Assembly (NCBI GenBank): GCA_963700285.1 | Contig: CAVOXA010000010.1 | Location: 1,600,001-1,664,000 of the forward strand | Source: an uncultured Chloroflexia bacterium | GTDB lineage: Bacteria > Chloroflexota > Anaerolineae > JAAYZQ01 | Length of the DNA stretch: 64,000 nt | Direction of reading: 5' to 3' | Shown: positions 19,963 to 28,694 of the stretch, piece after piece | Layout: each line of letters opens with the position of its first letter | Numbering within the stretch: the stretch's first letter is position 1 | Program-made: the position numbers and the translations under genes | Notes under the pieces: model-generated | Databases searched by the model: none | The model's input: only the letters and a program-made list of their open reading frames with translations | What the model was told of the DNA's origin: nothing

Positions 19963-20173
19963 CTTATTTTTCTCGCAGTTGCTCCAGCACGCTATCAAAC
20001 AGCCGTGCTTCAGCACCATGTTCAATCAACCGGTCAGGGAACTCGCTCAACACACTAAAGTTGAAGCCTTTGTAATTCAACGGCAGATGCAGAGGGTATT
20101 TCCAATCCAGGCGGACACGGGCAGCGTTCGCCGCCGCTCTATCCGACAGTTTCTCGAGGAACTGGAATATCGT
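19963..20173 (-). mobile_element. IS1182-family transposase fragment
   Basis: Minus-strand translation FQFLEKLSDRAAANAARVRLDWKYPLHLPLNYKGFNFSVLSEFPDRL matches the N-terminal region of this family. Confidence 0.75.
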
Positions 20174-20236
20174 CGGAGGGGTATAGTGAATTCGCGGGTT
20201 GGGATTTTTGTCTATGCAGTCCCACGCTCCACTAGG

Positions 20237-21379
20237 TCATGAATAGCGCTGGCCGACAATGCGCAGGGACACTACCCCCATCACAATGCTCAGGGCTACC
20301 AGAGCTGTCACTTGGGGCCACAGCTCCCGCAACCCTGCCCCTTTGAGCATGATGCTGCGGATGATAATCAGGTAGTGTTGGAGAGGCGCGAAGCGAGAGA
20401 TAAACTGTAGAAAGGACGGCATGTTTTTGACCGGTACCATAAAACCGGAGAAAGCAATCTCTATCATGGCCAGAATAAAGACAAAGAGGATCGCCTGTTG
20501 CTGGGTACGGGAGATGGCCGAGATGACCATGCCCCAGCTCACTACTGTCGCGACAAAGAGTAGGGTCAAGGCTGCTAGCAAAAACACGGAACCATTCATC
20601 GGTACTTGAAATACGAGCAAACTGATGGCCCACATGATGGCAAAATTCAGGCTACCAATGGCAAGGGCCGGGATGCCCTTGCCCAAAGCCAGTTCAAGGC
20701 GACGCAATGGTGTCACCATCAACTGCTCCAGTGTGCCGAGTTCACGTTCGCGTGCCAGGCCAAGGGATGCGATTGCCAAGGTGACTTGGTAGGTGATAAA
20801 GCCCAGTTGAGCAGGAATGGAGAAATCACGAAAGTCCATCGAGGGGTTGAAGCGTATGTCGGTTCGGAAATCGATAAACTCGGTGGAAACCAGGCCATAA
20901 TTGGCGGCAAGATCCGCCGTCAGGCGGCCTACCGCGCCTGTAGCAGCGCCGAGGGTTGTAGAGGCGGCTAGCGTATTGGTTGCATCGGCGATGATACCGA
21001 CTTGTATCGGAGCAACGGCTCCCGTCTTCTGTTGTGGTGAACGGGCGTTGGTTAGCTCCTGCGAAAAGCCTGCAGGAATGACTACTGCCAGGTGGATGTC
21101 TCCCCGATCCATCAAGTTGCGTACTTGGTCCATGCTCTGAACATGGTAGACGATGTGTAACTCTTCGGTGTTATCCAGGTTGACCACGAGTTGGCGGCTG
21201 AGGCGGCCGTGATCCTGATCCAGAATTGCCACGGGCTGTTCGGTGATCCCGCGTTCGACATTCTGGGCCATGAGGATCAACTGCAGGGCAGGTGCCAAAA
21301 GGATAAAAACAGACAGCATTTTGTCACGCCTGAACTGGATCAGTTCTTTGATAATCAAGTTGCCTGTACGGATGATCAT
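20237..21379 (-). CDS. ABC-2 type transporter permease
   Basis: KELIQFRRD, ARERELGTLEQLMVTP, SRTQQQA, LKGAG. Confidence 0.9.
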   Translation of the reverse strand: MIIRTGNLIIKELIQFRRDKMLSVFILLAPALQLILMAQNVERGITEQPVAILDQDHGRLSRQLVVNLDNTEELHIVYHVQSMDQVRNLMDRGDIHLAVVIPAGFSQELTNARSPQQKTGAVAPIQVGIIADATNTLAASTTLGAATGAVGRLTADLAANYGLVSTEFIDFRTDIRFNPSMDFRDFSIPAQLGFITYQVTLAIASLGLARERELGTLEQLMVTPLRRLELALGKGIPALAIGSLNFAIMWAISLLVFQVPMNGSVFLLAALTLLFVATVVSWGMVISAISRTQQQAILFVFILAMIEIAFSGFMVPVKNMPSFLQFISRFAPLQHYLIIIRSIMLKGAGLRELWPQVTALVALSIVMGVVSLRIVGQRYS

Positions 21380-21409
21380 GTCTGAACCTTGCTCGTTTGC
21401 CGCTGGAAC

Positions 21410-22525
21410 CTAGCCTATTTTCTTCTGAAAGAGCGCCAGCCCGATCGCCATGGCGCCTATGCCCATGCCCAGGAGAATGAGGGTTGGCCGCAGTAGGCTT
21501 GCCGCCCCCAACCCTTTCAAAAACACGCCACGTCCGATCTCTACGAAATGGGTGGTAGGTAGGACATATGAGGTGAGAATGGCCTCCAACGACCCGGTAC
21601 CGATGGGTGTGATGAGCCCGGCCAGGAAAAAGCTGGGTACGAGAAAGACGAGCATGACGACGAACATGGCGCTCTGCTGGCTCTTGACAAAGTTGGCAAT
21701 GACGATTGCAGCACCCATGCAGGACATCAAATAAATACCGGCCAGCAGAAGGTAGACCAGCAGGCTGCCCCGGAAGGGCACCCTGAACCAGAGGACAGCC
21801 ACAAGCAGGGCAAGAACAGCGCTCACCAGGCCGGCGGTAATGTAGGCCAGGAGTTTTCCGTTCAAGTATTCCAACCCCGAGACGGGCGTGGCGACCAATC
21901 CTTCCAGCGTACCGGTTTCTTTTTCTCGGGTCAAAGCCAGGGCCAGGGCCATGGTGGGCATAATGAGAACAATCGCCAGCAGACCTGGCACCATGCTAAG
22001 CAACGATTCCAGGCCAGCATTGTACCAAGCCGCAGTACGTATTTCTACCGCTTGTCCCATCTGGGCCGCGGCAGTCATGCTTGCACCGGCCACGAATACT
22101 CTCGACCTGGCTTCCAATGCCATGAGCGCCTGCCTTCCGGCAAAGGGATCTGCACCATCCACAATGGCTTGTACTTGAGTTGGCTTGCTGCCTCGGATCT
22201 TTTCAGAGAAGTCAGGGGGAATGATCAGTACCGCGTCCACATCTCCACGCTTCAAAAGGGGCACGGCCTCTGTGTACCCTCTCAGGTGGTTGACCAACTT
22301 GAGGTCTTGGTCGCTGGTCAGATTGGCCAGATACGCTCGGGAAAGAGCGCTGCGATCAAGGTCCAACACCGCCATACTGAGCTGCCCAACATCGAAGGAA
22401 AAGACATATGAAAGCAGAAAAAGAAGCAAGGCAGGGGAAAACGCGACCAAAAAGAGGTTGCGCGGATCGCGGACAATATGGAGCATCTCTTTGCGTGCGA
22501 TGGCGGCCATGCGGCGAAGCGACAT
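21410..22525 (-). CDS. ABC-2 type transporter permease
   Basis: ARKEMLHIVRD, TREKETGTLEGLVATP, KSQQSA. Confidence 0.9.
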   Translation of the reverse strand: MSLRRMAAIARKEMLHIVRDPRNLFLVAFSPALLLFLLSYVFSFDVGQLSMAVLDLDRSALSRAYLANLTSDQDLKLVNHLRGYTEAVPLLKRGDVDAVLIIPPDFSEKIRGSKPTQVQAIVDGADPFAGRQALMALEARSRVFVAGASMTAAAQMGQAVEIRTAAWYNAGLESLLSMVPGLLAIVLIMPTMALALALTREKETGTLEGLVATPVSGLEYLNGKLLAYITAGLVSAVLALLVAVLWFRVPFRGSLLVYLLLAGIYLMSCMGAAIVIANFVKSQQSAMFVVMLVFLVPSFFLAGLITPIGTGSLEAILTSYVLPTTHFVEIGRGVFLKGLGAASLLRPTLILLGMGIGAMAIGLALFQKKIG

Positions 22526-22624
22526 ATACCGATGAACTCCTCAGCGGAAGAAACTGGTAGCCAGTATACCAACGCTCTCGGCTTCGGTCAAAGCAGATTG
22601 GGAGATGGGTGCCCTCAGATATAG

Positions 22625-22656
22625 AAAAAAGCTCCCACCCGCGCGGGTGGGAGCTT
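22625..22656 (-). terminator. Intrinsic terminator after tRNA-Asn
   Basis: aagctcccaccc-gcgc-gggtgggagctt stem followed by a T run on the minus strand. Confidence 0.85.
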
Positions 22657-22732
22657 TGGCTCCTCGGGTAGGACTTGAACCTACAACCAACCGGTTAACA
22701 GCCGGACGCTCTGCCGATTGAGCTACCGAGGA
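22657..22732 (-). tRNA. tRNA-Asn (GTT)
   Basis: TCCTCGGTAGCTCAATCGGCAGAGC...GCTGTTAACC...GGTTCAAGTCC...CCGAGGAGCCA, 76 nt, CCA encoded. Confidence 0.97.
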
Positions 22733-22742
22733 ATACGGTGTT

Positions 22743-22771
22743 ATTATACTTGAGCCGGCACGCAGTGTCAA
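22743..22771 (-). promoter_or_regulatory. Consensus sigma70 promoter of the tRNA
   Basis: TTGACA-17 bp-TATAAT. Confidence 0.85.
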
Positions 22772-22776
22772 ATAGT

Positions 22777-24123
22777 CTAGCCCAAGTAGTCACGGAGCTT
22801 GCGGCTGCGGAGGGGATGTCTGAGCTTGCGTAGGGCTTTGGCTTCGATCTGGCGGATGCGCTCTCGCGTGACGCCAAAAGCCACGCCTACTTCCTCCAAG
22901 GTATGAACCTGCCCATCCTTCAGCCCGAATCGCATCTCCAGTACCTGGCGTTCTCGGACGTTCAATGAGTTCAGGATGGTGCCCATCTGCTCGCGGAGCA
23001 ATTGCTTTGAGGCAGCGTCATCCGGCTCGGGCATTGTTTCATCCTTGATGAAATCGCCGAGATAACTATCTTCTTCGGAACTGATAGGAGTTTCCAGAGA
23101 CATTGGTTCCTGGGCGACCCGCATGATCTGCTCGACCCGATTGGTTGCCCGGCGCAGCTTCCGTATCATCATGGGATCTAGTCGCTCATCATTAACCTGG
23201 GCCGAAAGAATGGCCTCCCGTTCTCCGTCATCCAAGCCAACAAACCTCTCCATGGCTGGATCCAGAGCGATGTCCTCGGGATTTGGATCGCGACCCAACT
23301 CCTGCTGCAATCGCCGCTGGGTGCGTACGAGATGACTGATGGTTTCCACCATGTGAACCGGGAGCCGGATGGTCCGAGCCTGGTCGGCAATCGCTCGGCT
23401 TATTGCCTGGCGGATCCACCAAGTGGCGTAGGTAGAGAACTTGTAGCCTAGCGTGTGGTCAAACTTTTCTACCGCTCTCAAGAGGCCAATGTTTCCCTCT
23501 TGGATCAGGTCTTGAAAAGACATGGACCGCCCCATGTAGCGTTTGGCCACACTCACAACCAGGCGCAGATTGGCTTCCGCCAAACGCTGGCGAGCCTGTA
23601 TCCCGCGCTCTTGCCGGGCTTTGAGGATTTCCAGTTCGGACGGAGGCAGGGAACCATCATTGGCCAGTTGCTGCTTAGCTTCATTGCCGTCCTGAATCGC
23701 TTGGGCTAGCCTGCCTTCATCCTCTGCGGTGAGCAGGGATACCTGGCCAATCTCCCTCAGGTACATGCGGATTGGATCGCTGCTAACCTCAAAATCACGG
23801 GACAACTCGTCCAAAGGGTTCTCTTCCTCAACTTCCTTCTCAATCTCTTTTTCGAGTGCCCTCAGATCTGTGAGTTGAGGTTCCTCGTCTTCTTCGCCCT
23901 GGCGCATGACCATGTCGAGATCTAGAAAGAAATTGCGCAGACGTTTTCCATCAGCATTGGACTCGGCAGATGGCAACACCTCATCCTCGATACTGCCAGT
24001 ATCGTCGAGGGTCGATTCCGGGATCAATCCCATATCTATGCTCACCTGGCCTGCATCAGGCTGCGGTACAGAGGATTGTGATTGTCGTTCGCGAGTGAAT
24101 TCCTCAGTCATATGTACGACCAA
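22777..24123 (-). CDS. rpoD: Group 1-like RNA polymerase sigma factor
   Basis: [43 protein letters not shown]...TRERIRQIE. Confidence 0.93.
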   Translation of the reverse strand: MVVHMTEEFTRERQSQSSVPQPDAGQVSIDMGLIPESTLDDTGSIEDEVLPSAESNADGKRLRNFFLDLDMVMRQGEEDEEPQLTDLRALEKEIEKEVEEENPLDELSRDFEVSSDPIRMYLREIGQVSLLTAEDEGRLAQAIQDGNEAKQQLANDGSLPPSELEILKARQERGIQARQRLAEANLRLVVSVAKRYMGRSMSFQDLIQEGNIGLLRAVEKFDHTLGYKFSTYATWWIRQAISRAIADQARTIRLPVHMVETISHLVRTQRRLQQELGRDPNPEDIALDPAMERFVGLDDGEREAILSAQVNDERLDPMMIRKLRRATNRVEQIMRVAQEPMSLETPISSEEDSYLGDFIKDETMPEPDDAASKQLLREQMGTILNSLNVRERQVLEMRFGLKDGQVHTLEEVGVAFGVTRERIRQIEAKALRKLRHPLRSRKLRDYLG

Positions 24124-24179
24124 TACCCATAGGTCTTATGCGCGTCGGAGCGCGGTGGCGATTCTGCCGCTTCCTGGGT

Positions 24180-26204
24180 TCACTCTTCGCCAAGGGGAAC
24201 CCGGACTGCTGCGTCCTCGCGCTGGCGGCGTCCTGAGATGGACCTGGCGCTCATCGACCTTTCGAGCTGCAAGAAACGCATATTTAACTCAACCGTCAGT
24301 TGGCCATAGCCTCGAGAGGTATCACGATCACCTGACTCCTGTGCGTCTACTTGCAGGAACTGCAGTTCTTCGATCTGGCGCCGCAGATTTCGCAGACGTA
24401 GCTTTGTGATGGCGTCAACAATCTGGTTCTTGACCAGGTCCTCCGGCGCCGGCGGCTGAGTTTCCTGGAACTGGGCCAAAGTATCAATCCGGTTTTGTAG
24501 ATTCTCATCGAGCGTATCGTAAAACTCTCCGCGGACGTCCAGCAGGCCGCTGCCCGTGGGAATGGGTTGTCCGAGCCACCGCCGCCACGCAGCCAGGATG
24601 GCGCGGTCATCCGGCCGGCTCAAGTCCTCAGGCATCAATGCTGCGTCTCCGCTGTCTTGTAGGGCTTTGTCGGTCTGGATCAGCAAATTGGGGTGGGTCA
24701 GAACGGCGGACAGACAGTATTCGTCCTGCCCCATAGGTTTCTTATGCCCACCCTCACCGGGCTGTCGGGACTGGCGTGGGTCGGAGCCCCTTTGCGTATA
24801 GGGGCGTGCTGGTCGATCCGGCAGCTTGCGACCCACTGGCAACTCGTGGACGAGGCGTTGGATCTGCTGCCATAGATCCCGTTCATCTACCTGAATCATG
24901 CGAGCCAATTGTTGGAGGTAATGAGTCCTTTGAACCCGATCGCCCAGTTCGGCAATGAGAGGGCCAAGTCGGCGAGTGGCTTCGGCCTTGCCCTTTGCAG
25001 TAGCCAGATCCAGGTCAGTCGTGAGAGCCTCAAAGTAGTAATCCATAACCGGCTTGGCTCCGGCCACCAGCCGTGCCCAATGGGCTGGGTCTTTGTGGAT
25101 TACTTGGTCGGGGTCCTGATCCGGTGGCAGCGAGATGATCCGGATATCGGCTGCCAGCCGGTCCTCGAAGTGGATCAGGCCCCGGGCCGTGGGCACTGGT
25201 ACAACTTCGCGGTCCATCACTTGACGGGCCACATCCAAACCGCGCAAGGTTGCCTGGTCGCCAGCTGCGTCGGAATCGAGAGCCAAGATAAAACGTTGTG
25301 TATAGCGTTTCAGTCGCTGGAGTTGTGCCTCTGTGAGCGCCGTACCCATCTGGGCAACTAGATTGTTGATGCCGTGTTGATGGGCCATCAATACGTCCAT
25401 GTACCCTTCAACAATGACCGCTTCGCCCGTCGTGCGGATGCCCGCTCTGGCCAGATCCAGCCCAAAGAGTACGCGACTTTTGTCAAACAACGGCGACTGG
25501 GGCGAGTTTAGGTACTTGGGCACGCCGTCGCCCAGAACCCGTCCCCCAAAACCTATGGTTCGACCCTGGTGATCACGGATGGGAAAGACGATCCGACCCC
25601 GGAAACGATCATAGTAGCCTCTGCCAGTGACTTGCTGACCGGCCTTCTCTCGCTCGACAATCAGACCTGCTTCGGCAATATCGGCCGGGGAGTAGCCCTT
25701 GTTGCGCAGATACTCGAACAATGCATCCCAAGAATCAAGGGCATATCCAACCTGGAAGCGTTCGATAGTTTCCCTGTTTAGCCCCCGTTCGTCCAGGTAG
25801 GCCCGCGCTCGAGCTGCCTCATCGCTATCGAGAAGAAGGTAGTGAAAGTAAGCCGCAGCCGTCTGATTAATGTCGCGCAGCAGATCCTGTCGCTGCTCGG
25901 CTGCATCTGCCTGCGGACTGGCAGGCTCCAATTCGACGCCAGTGCGTTGGGCCAGCATCTTTAGCGCCTCGCCAAAGTCGAGGTTCTCCTGCTTCATGAT
26001 AAAGGTGAATACGTCACCCCCCGTGCCACAGGCGCCAAAACAGTGCCACGTGCCTGTATGAGGGAATACAACGAACGAAGGCGTCTTTTCAGCGTGGAAG
26101 GGACAGAGTCCCTTGTAGCTGCGCCCTGCCTTTTTCAAGGGCACGTATGACTGGATCACTTCAACAATGTCCAGACGGTCTTTGACTTGGTCCACAACAC
26201 TCAT
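24180..26204 (-). CDS. dnaG: DNA primase
   Basis: CPFHAEKTPSF zinc finger, YLNSP, VEGYMDV, LDSDAAG TOPRIM. Confidence 0.96.
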   Translation of the reverse strand: MSVVDQVKDRLDIVEVIQSYVPLKKAGRSYKGLCPFHAEKTPSFVVFPHTGTWHCFGACGTGGDVFTFIMKQENLDFGEALKMLAQRTGVELEPASPQADAAEQRQDLLRDINQTAAAYFHYLLLDSDEAARARAYLDERGLNRETIERFQVGYALDSWDALFEYLRNKGYSPADIAEAGLIVEREKAGQQVTGRGYYDRFRGRIVFPIRDHQGRTIGFGGRVLGDGVPKYLNSPQSPLFDKSRVLFGLDLARAGIRTTGEAVIVEGYMDVLMAHQHGINNLVAQMGTALTEAQLQRLKRYTQRFILALDSDAAGDQATLRGLDVARQVMDREVVPVPTARGLIHFEDRLAADIRIISLPPDQDPDQVIHKDPAHWARLVAGAKPVMDYYFEALTTDLDLATAKGKAEATRRLGPLIAELGDRVQRTHYLQQLARMIQVDERDLWQQIQRLVHELPVGRKLPDRPARPYTQRGSDPRQSRQPGEGGHKKPMGQDEYCLSAVLTHPNLLIQTDKALQDSGDAALMPEDLSRPDDRAILAAWRRWLGQPIPTGSGLLDVRGEFYDTLDENLQNRIDTLAQFQETQPPAPEDLVKNQIVDAITKLRLRNLRRQIEELQFLQVDAQESGDRDTSRGYGQLTVELNMRFLQLERSMSARSISGRRQREDAAVRVPLGEE

Positions 26205-26507
26205 CTTGACTTATATTCCAGGACGCTGACAAGGATGGCTGACAAACGGGCCGGTAGACTGGCTTCTTTGACTGATTTAGAAACGATTGCCCAGACACAA
26301 TACGAACCGCGTACCAGGCCAGATACATTCTACCACAGAACGGCGGGGCAGCCAAAGACGAACAGCTTGCCAGGCAATGCCTGGCCTGGCTGCTTTGGGG
26401 GTACTCTGTGTGGTGAGGTCTGAATCGTACTAGCGCTGATCAGCAATCCCACTGCGCTGATCTGTGGAAGTAGACCAACTTTCCACCCCGCTGTCCGACT
26501 CTCGGTC

Positions 26508-26873
26508 TTACTCGTACGACTCGTACACGTAGTCTTGGTCGTCGTAATCTTGGGAGCTAGAGCCTACTCCCATGATCATGAGTACGACGCCCAGGACGAG
26601 GATCATGAGGGCTATCGTCCCAATGCAGCAGATTGGCCCCTCAGCCAAGAACATGTATAGAGGATGGCTTGAGCCCAGCGTCGTGCCAAGCCAATCGCCC
26701 CACAGCCATGTCGAGGCCGCGGATACCTGAAATACTGCGCCAACAATGGAATAGATGCTGCTTATGAGGTAGGGCAGGAGAAGGCAGCCAAGCATCAGTC
26801 CCAATGTAGCGAAAATGCAGCCAACACCACATCCTCGTCGTTCCATGAGATTGTTCCTTCGTTCCTCAGGCAA
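26508..26873 (-). CDS. Hypothetical membrane protein
   Basis: Two to three hydrophobic segments and an acidic tail. Confidence 0.55.
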   Translation of the reverse strand: MPEERRNNLMERRGCGVGCIFATLGLMLGCLLLPYLISSIYSIVGAVFQVSAASTWLWGDWLGTTLGSSHPLYMFLAEGPICCIGTIALMILVLGVVLMIMGVGSSSQDYDDQDYVYESYE

Positions 26874-26928
26874 GGTTTTCGCTCTTTAGGGCCAGTCCTT
26901 GCCCGTGCCTTCTACAGATACCAGGAAG

Positions 26929-26953
26929 AAAACCCCCGACAGGGGTCGGGGGG
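26929..26953 (-). terminator. Probable terminator after carD
   Basis: ccccgac-aggg-gtcgggg stem with a T run on the minus strand. Confidence 0.5.
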
Positions 26954-27066
26954 AAAAGGTACAAGACCACTTGGCGACGAGAACTGGCTCACTATGCCTG
27001 CAAAAGATCTCTGAGCCGCAACTCGTCAGCGAATAGAAAGAATTCTTGCGCGAGAGGATTGCATGC

Positions 27067-27588
27067 TCAGACCTGAAGATCAGCTAATTGGTCGGCCTCC
27101 TCGCGTACCGCCTTTGCCAGGATGGCCTGAATTTGCTCGTGGGCTGCCTTCAAGTCGATTTCCTCGACCAGAGCCACTTCGCCAGCAACCAATTCTTCAG
27201 CACGCTGCATGAGCTGAGTGTCCCGCTTGGTCAAGTTGTGGAGTTGGCCATGCCATGCCAGGTCGCGGAGCGCCTCGGCTGTAGTAAAAACGTCACCGAT
27301 TCTGAGTCGCTCCTCAACCTCGGTTTGGCGCTCCTTGAAATCTTCGGACAATGCCTGGGGCGTTTCTGTTAGGGAACGGAGTAGTTTCTCCAACAATGCG
27401 AGACTGACGGCTGGCCGCAGACCAACATCATCGGCTTTGGCCACGGGGGTCATCAGTGTCCCGCCCCCAGACTGCATGTCGATAACATAGTAGCGTTTGG
27501 CCTCCCCAATTACCTGGCGGCGTTCAACATCCCTGATGATACCAGGTCCATATCCTGGATGAATCACCTTATCTCCGACTGAATACAT
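27067..27588 (-). CDS. carD: CarD-like transcriptional regulator
   Basis: YSVGDKVIHPGYG, YYVI, GLRP, AEELVAGEVA; Phe where CarD usually has the DNA-wedge Trp. Confidence 0.85.
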   Translation of the reverse strand: MYSVGDKVIHPGYGPGIIRDVERRQVIGEAKRYYVIDMQSGGGTLMTPVAKADDVGLRPAVSLALLEKLLRSLTETPQALSEDFKERQTEVEERLRIGDVFTTAEALRDLAWHGQLHNLTKRDTQLMQRAEELVAGEVALVEEIDLKAAHEQIQAILAKAVREEADQLADLQV

Positions 27589-27667
27589 GGCCGCCTCTTT
27601 TCTTCGCTTCGCTCAAGGACAGATGAGCATCTGTCCGCCCATCAAGACCAAGACAAGAGCGTCACAG

Positions 27668-27916
27668 CTATCCGGCCGTTGTGACAGGGCGTTCCTTGTA
27701 GCGGTAGGTGATCCTTCCCCTCGTCAGGTCATAAGGTGAAAGCTCAACCAACACCCGGTCGCCCAACAACACTCGGATATAGTACTTGCGCATCTTGCCC
27801 GCGAGGTAGGCCAGTACTTCATAATCGTTGTCTAACTTGACTTTGAACTGGGTGCCCGGGAGGCAATCTACTACAGTTCCCCTCAATTCGATCTTTTCGT
27901 TGCTTTCTTTGGCCAA
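27668..27916 (-). CDS. infA: Translation initiation factor IF-1
   Basis: [51 protein letters not shown]; TTG start after AGGAGG. Confidence 0.96.
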   Translation of the reverse strand: MAKESNEKIELRGTVVDCLPGTQFKVKLDNDYEVLAYLAGKMRKYYIRVLLGDRVLVELSPYDLTRGRITYRYKERPVTTAG

Positions 27917-27950
27917 ACGAACCTCCTGTTTGCTTGATCGCGGTGGGATG

Positions 27951-28163
27951 CTAACGAGAACGCACCCTCGCATCTATCTGTCGCTGTTTGCGCCGCGCCC
28001 GGCGAATGGACCTTTGCTTTTGGATCCGACGCTTTTCGCTGGGAGAGACATACCAACGCTTGCGCCGAACCTCGCTCAGAATCCGATCCTGCATAACCGA
28101 TTTTCTGAAGCGCTTGAGCAGGGCCTCCTGCGACTCACCATCTCTCAGACTCACTGTTGCCAA
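27951..28163 (-). CDS. rpsU: 30S ribosomal protein S21
   Basis: [22 protein letters not shown]; TTG start after AAGGAGGTG. Confidence 0.9.
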   Translation of the reverse strand: MATVSLRDGESQEALLKRFRKSVMQDRILSEVRRKRWYVSPSEKRRIQKQRSIRRARRKQRQIDARVRSR

Positions 28164-28235
28164 TATGTTCACCTCCTTTCCACAATAAATCTCGGTTTAT
28201 CACTCTAGTTTAGTCTGAACTCAGCGTCTACCCAC

Positions 28236-28530
28236 ACCAGGCATGGAAAACCCGGTTTGCTCGCCCATAGCACGCTGGGTGGCAACCGGGTCCTCTAAAC
28301 CCGAACCGTTGACCTCAGCGCCGTTGTCCAGTTTGAAAACCTGGGTCCCCGGCGACTGCACCGCAGCACAAAGGACCGTGGTATGGCAACGGCGCTCCGC
28401 AGGCATTGGCTCACTTTACATGGCGTCGTTCTCCTCAGCCTGGATTGCAGAAACTGCCAGGCTGCGTGCCAGTTTTGCGTCCGCAGTCCACCCCAACGCG
28501 GATAGAGCGTGCACCATACGTGCCTGGTAC
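28236..28530 (-). ncRNA. Putative structured 5' leader RNA of rpsU-infA-carD
   Basis: Closing stem 28521-28528/28236-28243 plus internal stems 28436-28443/28457-28464, 28317-28326/28387-28396 and 28250-28260/28282-28291. Confidence 0.55.
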
Positions 28531-28537
28531 ACAACGT

Positions 28538-28566
28538 ATTATAGCAGATTCTTGCCAAAGCGTCAA
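28538..28566 (-). promoter_or_regulatory. sigma70 promoter of the rpsU operon
   Basis: TTGACG-17 bp-TATAAT with TG extension. Confidence 0.8.
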
Positions 28567-28694
28567 AGACAGCATGCCTTCTGGTGCTTATTGCTCACAA
28601 AGGCCATACCATACAATGGCAGACTCGAGCGATTCACGCAAGCCTGACTGACATCACGGCCCTCGATGCCTGGTTCGCGATTCGTTCAAGTATG

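Noticed and set aside
10000-22732. Genomic island integrated at tRNA-Asn
   Set aside because: No direct repeat of the tRNA 3' end and no integrase seen.
28236-28530. RNase P RNA, tmRNA or SRP RNA
   Set aside because: Their hallmark sequences were not found by eye; kept only as an unknown structured leader.
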